Below, in pieces: positions 1 through 11,500 of a DNA stretch of 53,798 bases. Both the position numbers and the translations under genes were made by a program. The notes under the pieces were generated by a model that saw only the letters and a list, made by a program, of their open reading frames with translations, ran no database searches and was not told where the DNA came from. Source of the DNA: Azolla caroliniana (Eukaryota; Plantae; Polypodiophyta); NCBI GenBank assembly GCA_043228905.1, contig JBHGNT010000203.1, positions 1 through 53,798 on the forward strand, given 5' to 3'. How positions within the stretch are numbered: the stretch's first letter is position 1; each line of letters starts with the position of its first letter.

Positions 1-830
1 AACATGTTGATTGTCGGCTCTCGATGTTCTAGACTTTTGTAGTCGAGACTTGAGAGTGCACATTGTCACTACAAGAGAAATATGTGCAAAAATATTTCTC
101 CATTGAAAATACGGTGAAAGTGAACTCGAACACCATTGAACATGGAGCATTGTTGTTTGATACTTGATTCATAAACTTTTTGAAGGAGGAATATGCACAG
201 TAAACGTATCTCTTCTTTCACATCCCAATTCCCATCATGTCATGTGGAAACAATGGTGCTGATAGCAAACCCTTGTTCAATGATGATCCCTGTTCAATAG
301 GTTATACATTCTATTAAGTATATAAAGTATCTAGTCATATTTCTTTATCATATATACAATGGAGATCTAAAATCTCGTGTGATAGTTGTGTGTTATTGAT
401 TCTCACGGCTAGACATGGGCCACACTTTCTTTCATGACAAAAGCATGTAATGGGGGCTACCTTGTTTACTCTCCGAGAGAAGGTAGATGTTACATTACAT
501 TGAAACCTTTCTTTATATAATTAGTAATTTACGAATTCTTGCTTATACACTCCACATTGCCATGAGAGATGCATATTGCATGTCAAGACATAAGAAATTT
601 GAAATATGTCAAAATTTCCATTTCAAAATATAGTTATGTTATGCATATAATTAGAGTTAGTTTATAATGACAAGAAGTTTAGTCCTCCAAAATTTTCTTG
701 TAATTTTTGCAAGATGTTTCCTATTATTATCAAATCATGTAAAAGCAAGGGAATTCATAAGTTAGGATGTCAAGCGAAACAAAGTTATATACACATGTAA
801 ACTAGTGCAATGGAAACAAGGAGTCATGTT

Positions 831-1266
831 TTTTTTTATTTTAAAAGATACACCTTAGTAAATTACTTGAGAAATGTACATATAGAAAACAGAGGGAGAC
901 ATTTCATCTCACCTCTATTGTAATACAAAACCTAATACCAACATCTGATGATACAGATGATATCACAATAGGAACAAATGGAACACCATCTACACGCTAT
1001 GCAATTAAAAAAGGAGGAATGGAATAATTCCACTTCATACCAGGAGACGTATTTGAAAATAAGTGAAGCCCTCGCCACCGTTTCTTAAAGTCCACTTGAC
1101 GTTGCCTTTGAGCATCAGTTGTACCCTGCCAATCATCATATTGTCCACGTATGGTGTGGACAAATAACCACCAGAATTCAATAAGCATATTATTGAGATG
1201 TATGTGAGCATTATTAAAAACAACATCGCATCTCGTTTTCCATATTGTCCACAGCGCTAGTGACGT
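831..1266 (-). mobile_element. 5'-truncated L1-type LINE (3' end of ORF2, 3' UTR, poly-A) with 21-bp target-site duplication
   Basis: Exact direct repeat atggaaacaaggagtcatgtt at 810-830 and 1267-1287. T-run at 831-837 is the poly-A on the minus strand. The minus frame encodes LWTIWKTRCDVVFN, the plant L1 C-terminal WxIWxxRNxxxF motif. Confidence 0.85.
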
Positions 1267-1891
1267 ATGGAAACAAGGAGTCATGTTAACAAATGACAAA
1301 ACAATTTGGACTAGAGTATTAGCCTTACATGGAAAGAATACAAAAAACTTGTGCAAAGATGATTCATCAAGCAAGTACGAGTAGCTAAAATTAGCATTAG
1401 GATAATAATGAATGAAAGAAGAAACTTTCAAATTGGCTTTGGCTTTAGTTATAGTATGATCAAGATTCCTTGAAGGTAATTAGTAGCTTGTAAGAAAATT
1501 CAAGGAGACAATCACATGGTCATGTGAGTCCAATAAAAAGTCAGATCCCTAATTAATAACAATAATGGCATCTATAAAAAACCCTACCTTTGATGTATAA
1601 AAAAGTTTATAAATGAAAACTAAAAGTCAACAAGTCTCACTCTTATTCATAAGAATAGGGAATAAATTAATAAGTCATGAACAAACTTGTATATAACCTA
1701 ATTCAGAAAATCCTCAATTTTAAAACTTCATAATAGGTGAGTAGGTGTTTTAGATATGTTGGTAGCCAAGAAAATTAAGTTGAATTACTAGTTTAATTTA
1801 GATATAATTGAATGAGTTGGTTGAATTCTAGGCAAATATTGAGCAATCTTAAAGACCATCAAATTAGTGACTACCGAGAAGGCTTCAAGCA

Positions 1892-2113
1892 TCAATGCAT
1901 CAACAATATTAGATTATGAATAAAATATAATTTTGATACTGCAAGAAGATGTAAAGCAATGGGTGTTGAGTTATGTTTTACTGTACCAGGTTGAATAATC
2001 ATAAATGTTGCATCTATAACATATAGTATGTTTTCATGCTCGAAATTCATGATGAGCCACATGAGAAAATCGATATGCCAAAACCAAAGCAATGTATTGA
2101 CCACAACCACCAT
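1892..2113 (-). mobile_element. Degenerate MULE/SWIM-type transposase relic
   Basis: MNFEHENILYVIDATF...HNSTPIALHL resembles the plant MULE-domain segment MxxFGHxSxxAxDxTF...HxxPVAW (recalled, not searched). The frame is short and flanked by stops; true boundaries are unknown. Confidence 0.4.
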
Positions 2114-2724
2114 TGAATTGTCATATAAAACAAAAAATTCCTATGAATGTTTGCACAAAATATGAGCCATCAAAATATGAAAATCAATCATAGCAATATA
2201 ATTGATCGATTAATTCGTTGGTATCCAGTAGCTCTCATGAGATAAGCTTGAATTCTCCAACCGAATGAAGATCATGAAGAAACCTAATTCAAGTAAGAGG
2301 GGATGCAATGGCAATTATAGTGTATTATGCATAACATTGTTAAATGAAACAGAAAAATGAGGGGAAGATTAAAACTAAAGGAAAAGAATGGAGACATGTT
2401 GAAACCTCAATTTCTTCTCTTCTCTGTCTCATCAAGGGTCTATATAAGTGATGAACATATCACACGCCTTTGCCACACGAAATCCATGAAGCACATGTAG
2501 AAATGCTCCGCGATCGATCCATTCCAAGTTGTGATAGTAGCGCCGCGACTTAATCAGTGCGGTTAATATGCGTGTCGAAGTAGTACATTTAAGTGCCATG
2601 GGTGTCGTTTGGTAAAGCCGTGTGATATTTCCACATAATATGCACTTATAGAAACCACTTACAAGAGAGAGTGAGAGTGAGAGTGAGGAAGGATTGTATC
2701 ATCATCTCTGAAGAGGCCATATAT

Positions 2725-2755
2725 GATATATGTGTATATATATATAGATAAACAC

Positions 2756-2812
<57 letters not shown>
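2725..2812. repeat. Compound microsatellite (TA)n/(GATA)n/(GA)n
   Basis: Seen directly; the (GA)n run spans about 2774-2812. Confidence 0.95.
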
Positions 2813-2814
<2 letters not shown>

Positions 2815-4261
2815 ACAAAAATGGAGTGTCAAGCACAATTCTTATAAGGGTCCATGATTTCCTTTGTACTTACACTTTCTTGCTTGTAAACATGTTTGTA
2901 CTTCTTTTTCACGACATTATTTGTTGGGGTTTGTACTACAAAAACCGATGACCCCCTTCTTCATAATGTTTCATCTTCTCAAGTGCACCCCTCAAGTACT
3001 ACTACTACTCATTCGGCCCTTGCAAACGCTACCCTTTTAGTACAAAAAACAAATAGGAAAAAGCGTAGTACACTCTCTCTCAAAAAAAAGTGAGATCTAT
3101 TATTTTATATGTACAGAGACTTGGCGTATTAAAGTCCTCCTTATGACCCTTTACATTGAAGTCAAGTCATACATACCCATAGGACCACACATATACAAGA
3201 AGATAACATTGTGCTACTTACTACTACTAATTAGAAGTCCAATGGCTAGTGGATTCCTCCAAACAATTGTTTGCCTGGGGATAGTAATCTGTGTTTTTTT
3301 TATGCATTACCTTGTGTCCTATCGTTAATAACTTGATTGCCCGATTGATGAAATTCCCACCTTGATGTCACCGATAATCACAACTGGACACTATTAAGTG
3401 ATCTCCAAATCATCAGACACTATTACTTAGACACCCATTAATTCTCGTTTACCTCGAACAAATTCCAGTCGATTCTTAATAGACATGGGTGGTTATCATT
3501 ATAAATTAATTACCTCTTTATATGGTCATGTTTTGTTGCACCGTCAAATTTTCAGTTTATGGACTTAACCCCCCCTTTAACCTTTTTGAATTCACTGATC
3601 ATAAGCTTCTAATCTTGATAATAAAAAATCTTGGTTGAATAATTGAAACTTTGGAATTGCGATTTTTGAATGTGAACATGACAATCTAGGGGCTGATGCA
3701 ACAAAAATAATATCACAAAGATGCGATGTATAGTCGTATAAGATTATAAATTATATGGGGCTTTTCAATCAGGCGTGAAAATCTTGTTGTCTTCTTTGAA
3801 ATAGCTCTGTCGATTGTTTTGTACATATTTGACTGACAACAACGTAGGATAAACGCAGCAATTTCTTTACTAATAAACAAGACTCGAATAAATTGTCTCT
3901 GGAAGAAACCTCTTTGATTAATCCTCTCTGGAACATCTGGCTTATACCACAAATAGGAAACTTTGGAAATTTTTTAGCATTAACAAGTTAAGCCAATTCT
4001 GTTAAAGGCGTCCAAATATTGCAGAAGACAATATGAGATGTATATATTAGTGGATCTGTACTAAAGACATTGTGCGTTTTTTGATGCGAGAATTGTGGGT
4101 GGGAAGATATCAGGATTGGATTTTGCACTCAAACTTGGAATATTATGTATTACTATCCAAATGTAAACAGCTAAATTAGTAAGTTGTTCGGGCATATGTT
4201 AATTAATATGACTGCTTGAGCTTTATCATGAAGGATTTCCAAGACATGCACCTCGAATTTG

Positions 4262-4495
4262 CAATACTGAATCTATTGCATACATTTCCTAATATTGATG
4301 CATGTGCTGATATTGGTATATATTGAACTGGCCCTTGCAACAAGCATTATATGGCCAAATTACTGTGACAGCATAGGCTTGCTATACTGAATATATTGCA
4401 TACATTTTTCCAATACTAGTGCATGTGCTGATAGTGTAGATTAAATTGGCCCATGCAACAAGCTTTAATTGTCCAAATTTGTTTGACAACATATT
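4262..4495. repeat. Diverged ~120-bp tandem duplication
   Basis: atactgaatctattgcatacatttcc...gcatgtgctgata...ggcccttgcaacaagc (from ~4264) recurs with substitutions from ~4384. Confidence 0.7.
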
Positions 4496-5509
4496 GTACA
4501 ATGTACATAATGTGAGGTACAACGTCCCAACCTTGTATATGTAGAAAACATTATGGATTAGTGTTGAGAGTTTGTGATCTTTAACCTTGAATTTTGTGGA
4601 ATAAAATCTCTTGAAATTGCTTGATGTTGTATTCATTACAATCCTACTATTTTTGTGATGAAAATGGAACATAACCAATAGCCGAGTAATCACAATAAAT
4701 TGATCCATCTTACATACATAGTTATCTTATGTGTAGTAAAGCTTTGATGAACAAGTTCACAGTTTGGGTGATTAGATTAGATTTTTTTGAAAGGGTTAGC
4801 CAAGGAGTGGGAGGGCATTTCATTTCAATGTTCAATAGATGAATTGATGTATTAATATCTATCTTCATTGGTTCAGTTTTAGGATTCAATACGTATGGCA
4901 TATTTCACAAACCCTCAAATTCCCAACAATAAAAAAGTTCGACCCTTCGCACATCAATTTGAAATATTAATTGCCAAATAAGTCATCTCATAGCGCATTT
5001 AGCTTTTGCATACTTCATGAGTACTATATATTTTTATAAACCTAGTTTTAAATCTAGTTGCCTGCTCAACTTTGCCGACATCACCAATATGATAAATATC
5101 ATGAATGGCTTGCCACTTCCAAATTAAATATATATCAACTTTATTTCAACCGATGAAAAGAGCATCAAAATGGAAAGGATTCTTCCCTCAAAACAAAAGA
5201 ATCCTTTTGAGGAGCACATAATTCATTTCTGTCATAAGGTTCCAATATATTGCAACAAGAAGGCTATAGATCATTTACTCCACTCTAGGCTAAAGTATGA
5301 TATAGGGTTTAAGGTTTAGGGATTCTTTGGGTTTCGGGTTTCGGTTTTAGGTTTCTAAATAGGGGGTGTGGGGTTGATACAAAACTAGGGTTTAGGATAT
5401 GATGCGAGGGTGTAGAGAGGTTCTAGGATTTTGTAGAGTAGTTCTATGATGAGGAATCTAGAGCTGAGGGTTTAACACCAGTGTACAACACTTAACATTA
5501 CAACTCCTA

Positions 5510-8500
5510 TCATGTGTAGACCTTAACGGGAAGTAAAATGAACTTTTTCTCTTGAACTGTTTTGCAAGTGGGGCACTCCATCTTCTTCTTCTTGGTTTTT
5601 GCAGCCTTCCACAACTTTTCAGCACATGTAGAGCATATGTTGGCATGGCCACAATCTTTAAAGAAGGCCCGTTCATGAACTTCTTTTCCAAACTCACCGA
5701 AACATACAGCGCATTCAGGCTTCATGCAAAAAGAATTAAGAAAACAATACAGATCAGGATAACTCAATCTCTCTAAGAAAAGGAAAGGGAATGTACCAAA
5801 ATACCCATAATTTTCCTGAAATTCAAAGTGCTCCTGGTATTTTGGGTATACCAAAAATAACCCTCAGTTTCCAAAAGCTGAAGAATATTACTCAACAATT
5901 TCTCTCTTCCAACTTTTCTTTCTCTCTTTCCCCAAAGGGAGTGAATTGGAGCGAGAGGGAGGGAGAAGGCATATTTTGATAATACCTTTGAAATAACTAA
6001 GGAAATTTTCATCAAATAAAGAGGGCAATTCGGGTACTCGGACAAATTCCCAACAAACAAAATAGTAAACTCTCCATACCTGTGCCTCTTCTTGCTTTTT
6101 CTGTGTATTAGTCTTGGCCACCGTCACTTCAACTTTGAGGGCTTCCATCTCTTGGAACTGGTTTTGAAGCAGCTCTTCCTTTTCAGCCGCGATTTTTTCC
6201 TTCAACTGTGGTGGTGGTTCCACACCACAATGCCATATTTAGAAATTTTACCTCCAAATAAATCATCCGATATAATCAAAATCCTACTGAGGGAGAAAAT
6301 ATATATGGCAGATTACTAAAATTTACTTACATGGATTAGAATTTCAAACAGTAGGATCACTATTCTTTTTTATAATAAGGGTTTTTTTTAGCTGAATTAC
6401 AGATAAGGATATAGTCATTTTTCCAAAAGAGTATATGAACCATAAGTTTGCTAAATTTTTTGTGTGCCATAGGTAGCCAGAGAGAGAGCTTTGACCTAAA
6501 ATAGTGTGATAATAAAATTTGCAAGGAGGATTAAGAGATGTATACTCATGTAAGGTATCACACAGTTCCCTTCGGATTTTTTCCTGATGTTCTTTCTTGG
6601 ACTTTTTCAAATATATACACAGACACAAACACATATGTGTGTGTACTTCAAAAACGAGACAATTCAAAAGACCAGAAAAGTTAGTTAGCCCACACTCACC
6701 TCCACAATCTGCTCATTGTGCTGCTTCGTCAACAACAACATCTTTTCCCGAAATCTCTCTTCATGAGAAGTCAATTCTTCCTCCATCTGCAACTGCAAAT
6801 CTGCATTCAGCTTCATCCTGTCCATTGCATCTATTTCCTTCTGTTCGACACGCATAATCCTGTAAAAATAAGGAAGATAAAATAAAATGGTCCTAACCAT
6901 AAGAAAAGAAAAAAGTGTTCCCACTCATTGAGAAAATGCATATATATTATCAAATTAATTCATGGATTTATAACCACTTACTCCAGAGTTTCCTTTTCCA
7001 TGCTGATTCCTTCCTTTAGCTTTTTAGCCGCTTCTGCACATCGTTTTAATTCATTCATCTTTTCAGCTTTGTTTTTCTCCAAGAGACCTCGAATCTCTTT
7101 TTCACGTCTCCACAATTCTTCAAGTTTCCTTAATCGCTCTACTTCATGCTTTCCCCTCCTGTCCTCAATCTGTAACAACAACCCAGGACATGATAATCTG
7201 CAACTACATTCTCATTTAAAAAAATTGTCAGAACAATGCACAATATAAGTAGACTTGTGTTGATTCCCCTACAAGAGAATACTCAACATAGATCATACAA
7301 ACCAAAACTTTCAATTATAGGTGAAACGTAAGTGAGGATGGCAACAAACTTTATAATGTCACAAAATTAACAAACTTTATTAAAATTGTCAGAACAATGC
7401 ACAATATAAGTAGACTTGTGTTGATTCCCCTACAAGAGAATGCTCAACATAGATCATACAAACCAAAACTTTCAATTATAGGGAAAATGTATGTGAGGAT
7501 GGCAACAAACTTTATAATGGCACAAACGGAATCATGATGACCTGGTTTATTTGGTGCAGTTTACCCAAGAATTTCTTCTCTAGTTGATTTCGGTGCAGTT
7601 TATTGTATTATGCATCTTGTCTAATGTTTATCACTCCATTGTCTTTATCTTTTAACAAAGAGAATAAATTTTAACTTTTATTTACGAAATAAATATAGCC
7701 ATTTTACGTATCCATGTCTGTGCCGGAAAAAAGAGAGTTTTTTGCCAGATAGCTACCATAAAGCTAGTTGCTATGGTAGACAAAAATGTGTACTTATTCT
7801 ACCCGGTAAGACCAATAATAAATTCAATCATATAATTATCATGTACAATTTCCATAAGAAATATGAAGTTGCATACTTGTTTTTTGTACATTGCCTCCAG
7901 CTCTTTTTCTTCCTTTCTCTGATGACGAACCTCCTCACTAACTTTCTTCAGCTCAGCCTTTGCCTTGCCAAACTCTGACTTGTTACGCTCAAGAGCACAC
8001 ATCCGTTGCTTCGCCTCTTCAGATAACTCCACTATCTTCCTCGTCGCCTCTTCTTTTTGCTGGATATTAGTAACAAGGCTTAGTAACAAGGCTCTCTTCT
8101 CTTCTCTCTCTCTCTCTCTCTCTCACCTCGGACACAAGGAAGCACTAGAGGTTCGGGAGGAGTGGCTATGCTATACAAAGAGGAGCTCCATCGTAGAGTG
8201 CATGTTGTACATAAGGATGTGGATGCACGCTACATGTGGATATGCATAAAAAGAGGGGATCTTAGGGAACTATATATTGCAATTTGAATCACCATATCTA
8301 CCACTATATGATGATATCATAAGATTTGCTACTATGGGGGATATAATACTATTAGGAGATTTTAATGCACGAACCAAGGATGAACAAACAACTATATTTA
8401 ACACCGACGAGGCTGTCTATGGAGAAGTTATGGTGGAAGAGGTTGGTCTAAAGAGAAAAGCTCAAGATATGAGTGCTATAACTGAATATGGAAAACACTT

Positions 8501-11500
8501 TCTAGCCTTGGGAAGCGCGCATGGACTTGTGATATATAATGGCTTGTCACAATGGCCTAGATCAGATGCTTTGACATGTTGGAACCCAAAAGGGGGCTCA
8601 AGCACAATCGATTATCTAATGGGATCTCCATCTCTTATACCTGAAATAAAAGTGTTCACTATATCGGGAAGACCTATTGGCTTGGCAGCTGATCACGCAT
8701 ATCTACGCTTTGAGGTAAAGGATGGATGCACAAAGGATGTATATGCTAAGGAGAGTGGGCTGGCTAGGTATCTATTCACTCGCGAGACAATTGATGTCTA
8801 TAGTTGTGGTGTATACAATGGCATGCTAGATTTGGATCCTTTCGCACCCCTTGAAGAACTTACCCAAGGTTTATCCAAATCATTGCATAAAGCAGCCACA
8901 AAAGCCTTCCCTCACACAACGGCTAACCCCCCCAAACTCGGTAGAGTAATACAAAATAGTTGGTATGATGATGAATGTCGTGATACAAGGAGATGCTTGC
9001 AACGTGATATAACTTGGGGCATTTATACATACAACCAAGCGAGAGGAACCTTCCAACGCCTCGTAAGGAGGAAGAAGAGATTGTATTTGGCTAAATTTGA
9101 AGATCATTTGTATCGCTTGTTTCTAGAACGAGAGAGTAAAAGAGCATGGAAAATGTTTAATGAGAGGCAACCCACCACACAACTGACCTCACCTCAGGTG
9201 TGGCACGAATATGCAAAGGTCCTATATGATACCCCGGGGCAACCTCCTCTTCCCCACCCGAATGCCTCACACCCACATGAATCAACCTTCTTTACACCAC
9301 AAAATGTAAGAAATGTCATTGATAGGCTACAATTCGGGAAGGCCCAAGATCATGATGGCTTGGTGGGTGAACACTTTATCTATGCCCGTGACACCTTGCT
9401 CCCATTGCTAGCACACATCTTTAATAGAGCCATGTGCGAAGGTTTTCCTACTAGATGGACTCAGCATACCATTGTGCCAATCCTTAAGAGTGGAGACCCC
9501 ATGATGCCAAGCAACTATAGGACAATCATGATTGGCCATTACTTGGCTAAACTATATGGCTCGATTCTGGATTCAGAATTGAGTATATGGGCAGAGCAAA
9601 ATGGCTGCCGTTCAATTGGTCAAGCAGGCTTTCGGAAGGGTTTCACAACTTTGGATCACATATTCACCCTCCGGGCCCTTATTGAGGAGGGCAGAGCCCA
9701 CAATAAGAGGATTTATTGCTGCTTTGTGGATTTCCGAAAAGCCTTTGACACTGTGCCACGTGCTCGGCTTATGCAGCGGCTAGAGGCCATTGGTGTTCCT
9801 ATAGATATGCAATGGGGAATCTATGCACTCTATGAATCTGTTTCAGGAAAAGTTTGGTCTCCTAAGGGCTTGTCAGAGGTGGTGGCCAGCACAATTGGCG
9901 TGAAGCAAGGATGCCCACTATCCCCCACACTCTTCGGTCTCTATATAGATGAGGTATCACAGTACATAGAGAGATTTGGTGGTTCCGGAGCACACCTAGC
10001 AGGTATAGCTATACAGATATTACTATATGCTGATGATATTGTGCTGATCTCTAACTCTCCGGAGGGACTACAAAGACATCTAAATGCCTTAAAACTATTT
10101 TGTACGGACAAAGGTTTGTCAATCAACATGAATAAAACTAAAGTGATGGTGTTTAACACCACCCAAGCATGGGTAACAAGATCAGAACCAGAATTCTTCT
10201 TGGGAGAGGAAAAGGTGGAATACACACACTCCTACATATACCTAGGAGTAACATTTACAGGACCTAGGTTCGCCTTAGAAGAGGCCGCTTGTGCCCGACT
10301 TTCTCGTGGATATGCAGCCCTGGGTGCTCTCGAAAGACAATGTGCACATTTGCAGTTCCAAGAGCCACGAACTAAGCTGTGGTTATTTGATACACTTGTC
10401 ACACCAACTCTTCTCTATGGAGTAGAGACATGGGGACCGAGTCTTAACAAGGCAAATCATTGGAAAGATTTAGAGAGACCTTTAGTGTCAATGATTGCTC
10501 GCATGATAAGGAGCAAAGCATCGGTGCCCCACGATATAATCTGGGCAGAGATGGGAGCAGCACCTATAATAACCGAGGCATTGTTCCGATCAGTGACATT
10601 TATCCAACGTCTTTGGGAGCTCCCTAAATGAAGGTACCCAAGGTTGGCACTTATGTCATCAAGACAATTGGCTGAAAATGGAGACACTCATTGTTGGTAT
10701 GCTGAAATGCAGCAATGGTTCGAGTCACATGGCATGAGTATAAATGCACTACCCCCGTTCCAATATAGCTTGGACTGTCCCCATCTCAATATGACCAAAG
10801 TGGAAAAGAATAGAGTGATCCGAACTGATATTATTAACTTAGAAAACAAGATAACATGGATCAGCCCCAAAATAGCACTTGGTACAAAGATGGCCCACTA
10901 TAAGACACACTTCTTACATACATCGGAGGATGGATTTGTCATAAGGCCACCTTATATGGACATACATCTATCCTATGCATTGCGTAGTGTGATAGGGCAG
11001 CTGTGAACCTCATCACATCAGCTACAGATTGAGGTGGGCAGATATACACGACTACCTCTAGAAGAGAGAATTTGCCAATTGTGTCATCAAGGAGTGGAAT
11101 CTGAAGAACACTACGTTTGTCATTGTAGTGTCTTTTATGAAATCAGAGGGAGATACCATTGCCTCTTTAAACAAGGCTTTGGCCCACTACGCAAGGTAAT
11201 GGAATATGACGACCAAAGATGCCTAGGACTTTTCTTGCTCGAGCTCAAGAGACATCGGGAAAAGTTGTTGAAGAATACAGCCACACAAGCTCATCCACAA
11301 AGAACAATCACAACTTTCTTTAGCTCCATCACTCCTAATGCTAGAAGTCAACCCCAGGATACAGAAATGGGATCCAAACCAGGATATAACAAAGGGGTTA
11401 CGATTGATCCAGCAATGGCAATTTGCCGTGCACGTAGGCCCCGGCCCCATGGACCACGACCCCGACACCCTTGACATCGACAAATAAAAGCCATTATCTC

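Noticed and set aside
997-1431. 144-aa ORF as a host gene
   Set aside because: It spans the TSD of a truncated L1; only the C-terminal part is real (TE) coding sequence.
3600-4710. Transposase or gene remnants
   Set aside because: Short broken frames with no motif I can name.
5300-5400. Interstitial telomeric array
   Set aside because: Only a few degenerate TTTAGGG-like units.
5888-5930. Micro-exon after a pyrimidine tract in the last XS-RING intron
   Set aside because: The available AG/GT pairs shift the frame or stop before the RING. It could be a minor RING-less isoform, but there is no support.
6540-6610. Extra coiled-coil exon (SKKEHQEKIRREL) for the XS-RING gene
   Set aside because: No phase-compatible donor found; the flanking exons join in frame without it.
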